DNA of 64,000 nt, taken from NCBI GenBank assembly GCA_035512435.1, contig DATKDX010000047.1:137393-201392 (forward strand), in the 5' to 3' direction. Position 1 is the stretch's first letter; each line of letters opens with the position of its first letter. This document shows positions 38,019 through 45,398 of the stretch, piece by piece. The position numbers and the translations under genes were made by a program. The stretch is from Dehalococcoidia bacterium (GTDB lineage Bacteria; Chloroflexota; Dehalococcoidia; SM23-28-2; RBG-16-64-32). The notes under the pieces are model-generated. The model worked only from the letters and a program-made list of their open reading frames with translations. It was not told the origin of the DNA and searched no databases.

Positions 38019-39020
38019 ATGGATTACGTGCAGCTTGGAAGCACCGGACTCCGCGTCTCTCGCATCTGTCTCGGCACGATGACATACGGCTCGCCGCAGT
38101 GGCGCGACTGGGTGCTGGGAGAAGAGGACTCGAAGCCGTTTTACAAGAAGGCGCTGGACGCCGGTATCAACTTCTTCGACACGGCGGACGTGTATTCGCT
38201 GGGAGCCAGCGAGGAGGTCACGGGATCGGCGCTGCGAGAGTACGCTAAGCGCGACGACGTCGTCATCGCCACTAAGGTCTTCTCGCCGATGGGCGGCGGG
38301 CCCAACCAGCGGGGCCTCTCAAGGAAGCACATCTTCGACTCCATCGAGGCTTCGCTGCGTCGGCTGCAGACGGACTACGTGGACCTCTACCAGATACACC
38401 GCTGGGACTTTCAGACTCCGATCGAGGAAACGCTGGAGGCGCTGAACGACCTGGTGCGCGCGGGGAAGGTGCGCTACATCGGCGCGTCGAGCATGGCGGC
38501 CTGGCAGTTCGCCAAGGCGCTCTACATCTCGGAGATGAAGGGTTGGTCGCCCTTCGTCAGCATGCAGAACCACTACAACCTGGTCTACCGCGAGGAGGAG
38601 CGCGAGATGATCCCGCTTTGCCAGGACCAGGGCGTCGGCGTCATCCCCTGGAGCCCGCTGGCGCGGGGCTTCCTGGCGGGCAACCGCACTCAGGACAAGT
38701 CAGGCGAGACGGCGCGCGCCAAGAGCGATGAGTTCGCGCACTACATGTACTACTCCGAGGCGGACTTCGCGGTGCTGCGCGAGGTGGAGACGATGGCGAA
38801 CGCGCACGGCGTCAAGCCGGCGCAGATCGCGCTGGCGTGGCTGCTGCACAAGCCGGGCGTGACCTCGCCGATCGTTGGGGCGAGCAAGATGTACCAGCTG
38901 GAAGAGGCAATCGCGGCATGCGACATCAGGTTGTCAGACGAGGAGGTCAGGCAGCTGGAGCAGCCCTACATCCCGCACCGGGTGCTGGGCCACCAGGTGG
39001 CGCCGGACATCGCTCGATAG
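38019..39020 (+). CDS. Aldo/keto reductase
   Basis: 333 aa. ..LGTMTYG.., ..INFFDTADVYS.., ..VDLYQIHRWD.., ..IGASSMAAWQ.. . Confidence 0.9.
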   Translation: MDYVQLGSTGLRVSRICLGTMTYGSPQWRDWVLGEEDSKPFYKKALDAGINFFDTADVYSLGASEEVTGSALREYAKRDDVVIATKVFSPMGGGPNQRGLSRKHIFDSIEASLRRLQTDYVDLYQIHRWDFQTPIEETLEALNDLVRAGKVRYIGASSMAAWQFAKALYISEMKGWSPFVSMQNHYNLVYREEEREMIPLCQDQGVGVIPWSPLARGFLAGNRTQDKSGETARAKSDEFAHYMYYSEADFAVLREVETMANAHGVKPAQIALAWLLHKPGVTSPIVGASKMYQLEEAIAACDIRLSDEEVRQLEQPYIPHRVLGHQVAPDIAR

Positions 39021-39435
39021 GCCATTTGATTAATTCAGGATGCCACTCGATTGAATTTCGCGTTTTTTTCTGTCGGCGGTCTCCGCAGGTTTGGGGCCGG
39101 CCCCGGCGGGGACCAATCTTGACTGAGTTCAAGATGATTGACCCTTCGCCTGCCCTTGCACAGATAGCGGCGGTCGGGTCCCTTGATTGACCCTGACTGT
39201 GACTTGATTGATTCGTGTCACTTTCCGTCTGCTCAGGACAGGCTTTCCTTCACCTTCGGCTCCGCTCAGGAAACACTAGAGCTTCGCGTCGTGTTGGGCC
39301 TCGCCCAGGCAGTGATGACCTCATTTCCTGATCGAATTCAAGATGATTGATTTTCGCGCGCCGCCGATTGAACGTGAGCGCGCGGCCACTTATATCGTAG
39401 CGTGAGCGGCTGCGCGAAGTCATACGGAAATGGCA

Positions 39436-40212
39436 CTAGCGCTGGAGCGGGGGGACGTCGAGCAGCTCGGCGATCTGATCGATGATGTAGTCGGGCTCGA
39501 CGGGGCCGTTAACCTCCGGCTCGTCGGTGCCCGCCTCGACGGGCTCACCGAGCGGCGGCTTGCGCCAGACGGCCATCATGCCGAGCGTCTTCGGGCCTTC
39601 GACGTCGGCGCGGAGGTTGTCGCCTACCATGATGCACTCCTCCGCCTCGACGCCCAGGCGGTCGAAGGCCGCCTCGTAGATGCGCGGGTGGGGCTTCATG
39701 TAGCCGACGTCGCAGGAGATGACGATCGCTTCGAGCAGCCGGTCCAGTCCGAAGGCTTCTACCTCGGCCCAGAAGTCGGGGCCGCTGTAGCCGCGGTTGG
39801 TGACGCTGGCCACGCGAAAGCCGCGCCGCTTTATCTCTTCCAGCGTGGGCGTGACGTCGGGGAAGAGCTCGCGCTGGAAGAAGAGGCCGCCGAGGTTCCA
39901 GCGCTCCCATAGCTCGGCACCCTGCTCCCGTGTCAGGTTCATGCCGTGTTCGCGGGCGATGCGGCGGCAGAGTTCCGGGTAGCCGGGGTCGACGCAATCA
40001 CCGTGGAAGGCGCGATGTGTCTCTTCGTTGACTGCCATGCGGATGTCGCGGCCGAGGAAGGGGCGGTCGCCGCTCATGTCGTAGCCCCAGCTACGGATGA
40101 GCTCTTCGATGCGTCGCATGGTTTCACCGCGGATGCGCTGGGCGGGCGGCATCTTCGGCAGGTGCCACAGGGTGTCGCCGAGGTCGAAGAGGACGGTGGT
40201 GATCTGGCTCAC
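39436..40212 (-). CDS. HAD family hydrolase
   Basis: 258 aa. Motif I VLFDLGDTLW. Later motifs SVTNRG and ..MVGDNLRADVEG.. . Confidence 0.8.
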   Translation of the reverse strand: MSQITTVLFDLGDTLWHLPKMPPAQRIRGETMRRIEELIRSWGYDMSGDRPFLGRDIRMAVNEETHRAFHGDCVDPGYPELCRRIAREHGMNLTREQGAELWERWNLGGLFFQRELFPDVTPTLEEIKRRGFRVASVTNRGYSGPDFWAEVEAFGLDRLLEAIVISCDVGYMKPHPRIYEAAFDRLGVEAEECIMVGDNLRADVEGPKTLGMMAVWRKPPLGEPVEAGTDEPEVNGPVEPDYIIDQIAELLDVPPLQR

Positions 40213-40257
40213 GAAGGTTACTTTAGCGAAGGGGATGCGTTAGCGCTTGCGGTGGAT

Positions 40258-40305
40258 CCATTTCCTGAGCGGAGGCAAAGCCGGAGCGAAGGACCTCGCT
40301 CGCGG
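40258..40305. repeat. Left terminal inverted repeat of the GIY-YIG cassette (GCTCAGG-core repeat, B type, reverse orientation)
   Basis: CCATTTCCTGAGCGGAGGCAAAGCCGGAGCGAAGGACCTCGCTCGCGG. Compared with the reverse complement of 40725-40782, it shares ATTTCCTGAGCG (12/12) and AGCGAAGGACCTCGC (15/15). Confidence 0.7.
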
Positions 40306-40355
40306 GGCAGATCATCCCAAGCCGGCCATGACAGGCAGCGCGACCGGCGCTCCGG

Positions 40356-40649
40356 TTACGCAGCCAGCGTTTCGCTCAGGTCGCGCCAGGTTGGGTTGAT
40401 GGAAAAGATCAGGGCCACCTTCCGCCGCCTCAGCCAACCCTTGAGTTGGCGCTCACGAGTGCGAGCCGTGTCGAGTTCGTCGATGTACTCGTAATAGTCG
40501 AGGCGGGTCAGGCGGTAGCGCGAGGTGAAGCGGGAGCCGTTTCCTGACTTGTGTTGTTCGACACGATTCGCAAGGTCATTGGTGACACCGATGTAGAGGG
40601 CCCCGGAGTTGTTGGTCATTATGTAGACGGCGTAGTCCTTCGAGGCCAT
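40356..40649 (-). CDS. GIY-YIG nuclease family protein (small, stand-alone)
   Basis: 97 aa. YAVYIMTNNSGALYIGVTNDLANRVEQHKSG..FTSRY..RERQLKGWLRRRKVALI..NPTWRDL is a typical small GIY-YIG family pattern. Confidence 0.85.
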   Translation of the reverse strand: MASKDYAVYIMTNNSGALYIGVTNDLANRVEQHKSGNGSRFTSRYRLTRLDYYEYIDELDTARTRERQLKGWLRRRKVALIFSINPTWRDLSETLAA

Positions 40650-40724
40650 GACGCCATTTTGCGCGTGGTGATTGGCAGACCGAAATGCTTCGATGTCACT
40701 CTACAGCGGAGCGTTGGTGGCATT

Positions 40725-40782
40725 CCTCGCCTTCGCTGCGGCGAGGTCCTTCGCTGCGCCTGCGGCTTCGCTCAGGAAATTT
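40725..40782. repeat. Right terminal inverted repeat of the GIY-YIG cassette (B type, forward orientation)
   Basis: CCTCGCCTTCGCTGCGGCGAGGTCCTTCGCTGCGCCTGCGGCTTCGCTCAGGAAATTT. It ends at the stop codon of the FNR gene (40781-40783). Confidence 0.7.
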
Positions 40783-41794
40783 AGATTAGCTTCATTTCGC
40801 TGGAGTGGCCGGGGAACATGCGGGCCTTGGGGTCGATCTTGGCTTTGGCAGCGTTGGCGGCGATGGCGGCCTGGCCGAAGCCGGTAACGATGAGGTTGAG
40901 GGGGATGCTGCCTTCCATGGCGGCGATGTCGCCGGCGGCGAAGACGCCGGGAAGGTTCGTCTCCATGAAGATGTCGGTCTTGATGTGGCGCTTGTCGACC
41001 ATTTCGAGGCCCCAGCCTTCGATGGGGCCGAGGGCGGCCTTGAAGCCGATGCTGATGAGGACGATGTCGACGTCGAGCGTCTTTTCTTCGCCGGTGCGGT
41101 TCTCGTAGATGGTGGCGGTTTCGGGCTTGTCCTTGCCGTCGATGCGCTTGAGTTCCCAGTAGGTCATGATCGGGATCTCGGTGGTGCGCAGGGCGGCGAG
41201 GCTTGCTTCGTGGGCACGGAATTCGTCGCGGCGGTGGATGAGGGTGATGTCGCTGGCCCAGTCCTTTAGGTTGAGGCACCAGTCGACGGCTGTGTCGCCG
41301 CCGCCGATGATCAGGATCTTCTTGCCGCGGAAAGGCCGCTTGTCCTTGACGAAGTAATAGACGCCGTTGTCGAGGAACTTCTTGACGCCAGGGCGGTCCA
41401 GTTGGTTGGGTGCGAAGGCGCCGATGCCTGCGGTCAGGACGACGGTGCGGGTGAGGTGGGCGCTGGTGGGGCTGCCGACGCGCCAGACCTGCTCGCCGTC
41501 TGCGTCTTTCTGCGTCAGCGTCTCGATGCGCTCGCCCAGGACGATCGTGGGCTGGAAGAGCTCGAGTTGCTCGAGGAGGCCCTTGACGAGGTCCTTGGCC
41601 AGGATCTTGGGGTGTCCGGGGACGTCGTAGATGTACTTCTCCGGGTAGAGGACGGCGAGTTGCCCGCCGGCTTCGGGGAGGGCTTCGATGATCTTGGTCT
41701 TCATGCCGCGGAGGCCGGCGTAGAAGGAGGCGAAGAGGCCGGTGGGGCCGGCGCCGATGATGGTGATGTCGTAGACGTCGTTGTTGTCGGGCAT
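40781..41794 (-). CDS. Ferredoxin--NADP(+) reductase, thioredoxin-reductase-like type
   Basis: 337 aa. YDITIIGAGPTGLFASFYAGLRGMKTKIIEALPEAGGQLAVLYPEKYIYDVPG is a YumC-type FNR signature. Confidence 0.85.
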   Translation of the reverse strand: MPDNNDVYDITIIGAGPTGLFASFYAGLRGMKTKIIEALPEAGGQLAVLYPEKYIYDVPGHPKILAKDLVKGLLEQLELFQPTIVLGERIETLTQKDADGEQVWRVGSPTSAHLTRTVVLTAGIGAFAPNQLDRPGVKKFLDNGVYYFVKDKRPFRGKKILIIGGGDTAVDWCLNLKDWASDITLIHRRDEFRAHEASLAALRTTEIPIMTYWELKRIDGKDKPETATIYENRTGEEKTLDVDIVLISIGFKAALGPIEGWGLEMVDKRHIKTDIFMETNLPGVFAAGDIAAMEGSIPLNLIVTGFGQAAIAANAAKAKIDPKARMFPGHSSEMKLI

Positions 41795-41880
41795 GCGCGG
41801 GCCTCCGTGGGTTGTTGGCGTCGTCTGGGTCTATGGTAGCGAGATGGGGCGTATGGGCCAACGGATGTGGTGCGATGGCG

Positions 41881-42185
41881 GGGCGTGGGACGAAGCACTT
41901 CGACAGGCTCAGTGCGAACGGAGGGGGATCGGGATGCGAGTGTTGTTGCGCATCGGTATGTTCTCCGGCGAGCGGGGCGTGGGACGGAGCACTTCGACAG
42001 GCTCAGTGCGAGCGGAGGGGGATGGCGGGGCGAGGTGGCGCCGCTCATGGATTCGAGAGCCTCACCATGAGCGGCCGACAGGTTTCGCGATGGCGGGGTG
42101 TAGGGCGTCCTTCGACTCGGTTTCGCCCTGGCGGGCTCTGCCGGCTCAGGATGAGCGCACAATGCGGGGTGTCAGTGCGAGGAAG
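41881..42185 (+). repeat. Cluster of A-type GC-rich repeats (core CTTCGACAGGCTCAGTGCGAACGG) plus an 11-bp hairpin
   Basis: Near-identical 48-nt copies at 41881-41928 and 41974-42021, 93 nt apart. A degenerate copy lies at about 42095-42180. A perfect inverted repeat GCCGCTCATGG/CCATGAGCGGC is at 42040-42050 and 42065-42075. Confidence 0.8.
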
Positions 42186-42228
42186 GGGTGTGGGGGCGTG
42201 GGTGTGTGTCTGTGGTACCGTGCGGGCG

Positions 42229-42586
42229 ATGGACCCGATCGAGAAGCTCCGCGCGATCTGCATGGCGTTTCCGGAGGCGACGGAGAAGGCTTTCGCGGGC
42301 CACGGACCCGCCCGCCTTCCGCGTCCGCGACAAGATGTTCGCCATGGTGGCGACGGGCGACGGGCGCTTATCGGTCTGGATGAAGGCGCAGGCGGGCGCG
42401 CAGGATGTGCTGGTCAACGGCGACCCGGAGCGCTTCTTCGTGCCGCCGTACGTCAGTAAGAACGGCTGGATCGGGATACGGCTGGATGCGTCGGACGTGC
42501 CGTGGGGGATGGTGGAGGACCTGGCGGCGGAGAGCTACCGGCTGATCGCGCCAAAGCGACTGGTGCGGGGGATGGACGGAGGTTGA
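42229..42586 (+). pseudogene. MmcQ/YjbR family protein gene with a frameshift
   Basis: The N-terminus MDPIEKLRAICMAFPEATEKAFAGHG is in frame 1. The continuation PPAFRVRDKMFAMV..FFVPPYVSKNGWIGIRLD..AESYRLIAPK is in frame 2. The junction is in the C-rich run 42301-42313. Confidence 0.65.
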
Positions 42587-42605
42587 GCGCTATACTTGAA
42601 GCGCG

Positions 42606-42953
42606 ATGGGCACTTTCACAGTCCCGATAACAATAGGCGACGACGAGGGCGAGCAGCTAAACGCGCTCGTAGACACGGGCGCCACTAATACCGTCATTCC
42701 CGGCGACATCCTGAGGCGCCTAGGCGTCGAGCCACACCGCCGCTCGACGTTCCAGTTTGCAGACGGCCGCGAGATGGAGTTGGACATCGGCCGCGCATGG
42801 GTGCGCGTCGATGGCCAGCGCGAGTTCACGCAGGTCGTCTTCGGCCCCGAGGGCACGGACGCCATCCTCGGTGCGATAACGCTCGAAGAGATGAACCTGG
42901 CGGTGGACCCAGTGGCTCAGCGGCTGGTCCCGGTCAACCGTTACTTGATGTAG
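42606..42953 (+). CDS. Retropepsin-like (clan AA) aspartic protease
   Basis: 115 aa. ..LNALVDTGATNTVIPGDILRRLG.. has the DTGA active-site motif, followed by ..AILGAITLEEMNL.. . Confidence 0.75.
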   Translation: MGTFTVPITIGDDEGEQLNALVDTGATNTVIPGDILRRLGVEPHRRSTFQFADGREMELDIGRAWVRVDGQREFTQVVFGPEGTDAILGAITLEEMNLAVDPVAQRLVPVNRYLM

Positions 42954-43082
42954 CGGCTGACAGTCGCACCCCTCTCCGGACGCCCCACGGAGCCACGAAG
43001 GTCGCTGAGCCAACACAGGGCTGCACGAGTAAAGTATTGTCATGTCCGAAATGCACTCGTACCCCGAATCAGAAGTCGGCCG

Positions 43083-43736
43083 ATGCCGCTCGTGCGGATT
43101 CTTCGCCAAGCACCAAAAGAAGTCGTGCGATATATTCCGGGCGAGGTTTATTTCGAACTCAACTGGGACGAACGGCAGGAAGGACATCCTCATCAGGGAG
43201 ACGGGTTCAGTAAATGGATCCAGACTGAGCCGTCGCCGCAACTGGCCGAAGGCAGCATTCCCACTAAGTTGGTGTGCCTCGTTCGCGCTGAGCCTTTCGA
43301 GATCGATGAGGACATTCAGCGTGCGAGAGAAGAGCTTAATAGGGACCGTAAATGCTCAGACTGGTTTCCGTATCAGCCCGGTCGATCTCCGAGCCAACAT
43401 CTGGAAGACCGCAAGGAGAAGGAGGTAGAGACTGAGCGCCGGAGACATGAACTACAGATTGCTGAGATGCAAAGCAAATTCTCGGAGAAGGCGCTGGAGG
43501 TCGAAAGCAAACTCCTAGATGTTGAGTCGAGGATTGCAGATGCGGCGACGTCTCAAAAGACTGCAGCGTGGTTTACGGTCGGAGTTTCGGTTCTCGCGGT
43601 TTGCGTTGGCGCAGTCGTCGTGTTTGTAGCGGCTGCACTGTTTGAAGGGGAAACAACTGTAACTGTCGGCGTTCCTGCGCCGACTGAACAGTCGAGTCCA
43701 GAGACTGAAGGGTCACCGCCTGAACCAGCCCCCTAA
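43083..43736 (+). CDS. Hypothetical coiled-coil protein with C-terminal TM anchor (low-GC gene)
   Basis: 217 aa. A charged coiled-coil region (EKEVETERRRHELQIAEMQSKFSEKALEVESKLLDVESRI) is followed by AAWFTVGVSVLAVCVGAVVVFVAAALF. GC is about 50%. A possible longer form starts at ATG 43042 (MSEMHSYPESEVGRCRSCGFFAKH) and requires a frame change at the A4 run 43115-43118. Confidence 0.5.
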   Translation: MPLVRILRQAPKEVVRYIPGEVYFELNWDERQEGHPHQGDGFSKWIQTEPSPQLAEGSIPTKLVCLVRAEPFEIDEDIQRAREELNRDRKCSDWFPYQPGRSPSQHLEDRKEKEVETERRRHELQIAEMQSKFSEKALEVESKLLDVESRIADAATSQKTAAWFTVGVSVLAVCVGAVVVFVAAALFEGETTVTVGVPAPTEQSSPETEGSPPEPAP

Positions 43737-43790
43737 GGTTATCTCGAAATTACACTCGTTGACGGATAGGCGGCTGGCGCCTCGCTCCCT

Positions 43791-45344
43791 CTATATCCCG
43801 TCCATGTACTCCGCGATGGCGTCGAGGTGGACGTTCTGGACCGCGATTTCGGGGGCGTAGACGATCTCGTCGGCGGCCCAGACGAGCGTGGGTTTGCCCT
43901 CCTTCGTCACGCCGATGACGTCGCCGAGGACCTTGATGACGTTGTCGTTGATGCGGAGGGTGTTGGGCATGACGGGCTCGGCGAGGCGGCCGTTCTTGAT
44001 GACGTAGGAGTCGGCGACGACGGTGCCGGTGAAGTCGCCGGCGCGGAGGCCGTTGACGGGGTAGGTGTACCAGATGCGGCCGATGTAGATGCCGTCGCCG
44101 ACGAGGCGGCAGATGGCGTCGGTGTCGGGGACGTCGCCGGGGAGAAGGATGTTGGTCGGGTGTGTGCCGGGCGTGGCGTCGAAGTGGCGGCCGCCGCCGC
44201 GGGCGTAGCGGAAGCCGTTGCGCGGCACGAAGGCTCCCGGCATCGATTTCGGGTCGACGCCCAGTTTGTCCCGCGCCTTGGGGTCGTTCTGGATGCGCTG
44301 CGACTCGTACCAGTTGCTGAGCAGGCCGACGAGCACGCCGTCCTTGATCAGCTCCGTGCGGCCGGTCGGCAGGCCCTCGCACGTGATCCCCTTGGAGCCG
44401 ACGAGACCGGCAACTGCGCCGTCGTCGATGATGGTCAGCTTCTCGGAGGCAACCTTCTGGCCTAGCTTGCCCATGAAGGGCGAGGCGGCGGCATAGAAGA
44501 TACCCGTGTCGAGGCCGGGCATGACGATGTAATGGAGGATCTCCATCACGGCCTCGCGGCCGAAGACGACGTTGTAGTCGCCCGTGGGCAGGCGGACGCC
44601 GCCGATGCCGGCGATCGCGTTCTGCGCTGCCTCGACGCCGGCTTCGTCGGTGAAGTCACGAAGGCGGGTGGAGGCCTGGTAGCCGCTGCCCTTGGCCTTC
44701 TCGCGCTCCACCATCGAGGTGATGAAGGACATGACCATCGTCGTCTCGTCGGTCTGTGGCTCGGGCATGGCGCTGGAGGCGATGGCGATGCGCTCCTGGA
44801 TCATCGTGACGTCTCCGGAGACGATGAGGCCAAGCTCGGGCAGCTTTTCGGGGCGCTCGACGAGCGTCGTCAGCACCTCCGACTTCTCGAAGACGCGGAG
44901 GGCGCCGTTGACGACCGTCCACCCCGCTTCGGGTAGGGCTTCGTCTTTGAGGTCCATGATGGCGGGGTCGTGGTAGTCGTTGAGCTTGCGGGGCTCGCCG
45001 GTGGGACGCGCGAGGGAGACGAACTCGGGGTCGTCGCTGGCGCCGCGCCGTGCCTTCTCGAGCGCCGACTGCACGCCGTCGGGCGAGATGTCGCTGGTCT
45101 CGGAGCCGAAGCCGATCTTGCGCTTGCCGCCCTCCTGGAAGACGGCCTGGACGCCGATGCCGTAGTTGACGACGGACTTCGGCTCCTCGACGCCGTTGGA
45201 GGGGATGTGGGAGGTGTAGTTGAGGCGCGTGAGGAGGTTGCCATTGGCGGAAACGAAGACCTCCGCCTCCTCGACGTCGTCTTCGCCCTGGACGATTGCG
45301 AGGCCTTCTTCGGCGGCTTTCTTCAGTTCATTCAGTGGGATCAT
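43791..45344 (-). CDS. pmbA: TldD/PmbA family metalloprotease (PmbA/TldE-like)
   Basis: The ORF track gives 533 aa from a TTG at 45392. The ATG at 45344 (MIPLNELKKAAEEGL..) is more plausible. ..GFGSETSDISPDG.. plus a conserved C-terminal beta-barrel region. No HExxxH motif, as expected for PmbA. Confidence 0.8.
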   Translation of the reverse strand: MIPLNELKKAAEEGLAIVQGEDDVEEAEVFVSANGNLLTRLNYTSHIPSNGVEEPKSVVNYGIGVQAVFQEGGKRKIGFGSETSDISPDGVQSALEKARRGASDDPEFVSLARPTGEPRKLNDYHDPAIMDLKDEALPEAGWTVVNGALRVFEKSEVLTTLVERPEKLPELGLIVSGDVTMIQERIAIASSAMPEPQTDETTMVMSFITSMVEREKAKGSGYQASTRLRDFTDEAGVEAAQNAIAGIGGVRLPTGDYNVVFGREAVMEILHYIVMPGLDTGIFYAAASPFMGKLGQKVASEKLTIIDDGAVAGLVGSKGITCEGLPTGRTELIKDGVLVGLLSNWYESQRIQNDPKARDKLGVDPKSMPGAFVPRNGFRYARGGGRHFDATPGTHPTNILLPGDVPDTDAICRLVGDGIYIGRIWYTYPVNGLRAGDFTGTVVADSYVIKNGRLAEPVMPNTLRINDNVIKVLGDVIGVTKEGKPTLVWAADEIVYAPEIAVQNVHLDAIAEYMDGI

Positions 45345-45398
45345 GGCGTCTCTCTTTTCCAGAACACTTGCATGGCATCGCTTGTCGGTCAACCGCCG

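Noticed and set aside
41881-42032. Regularly spaced direct repeats, considered as a CRISPR array (also the 111-bp repeats at 63340-63790).
   Set aside because: There are only two or three copies, the repeat is about 48 nt of a dispersed family, and no cas genes are present. The 63-kb repeats are in-frame coding repeats.
43105-43125. Programmed -1 ribosomal frameshift at CAC-CAA-AAG joining the 43042 and 43083 frames.
   Set aside because: The heptamer is not a canonical X-XXY-YYZ slippery site, and I saw no downstream pseudoknot or hairpin. A simple indel, or an independent start at 43083, is more parsimonious.
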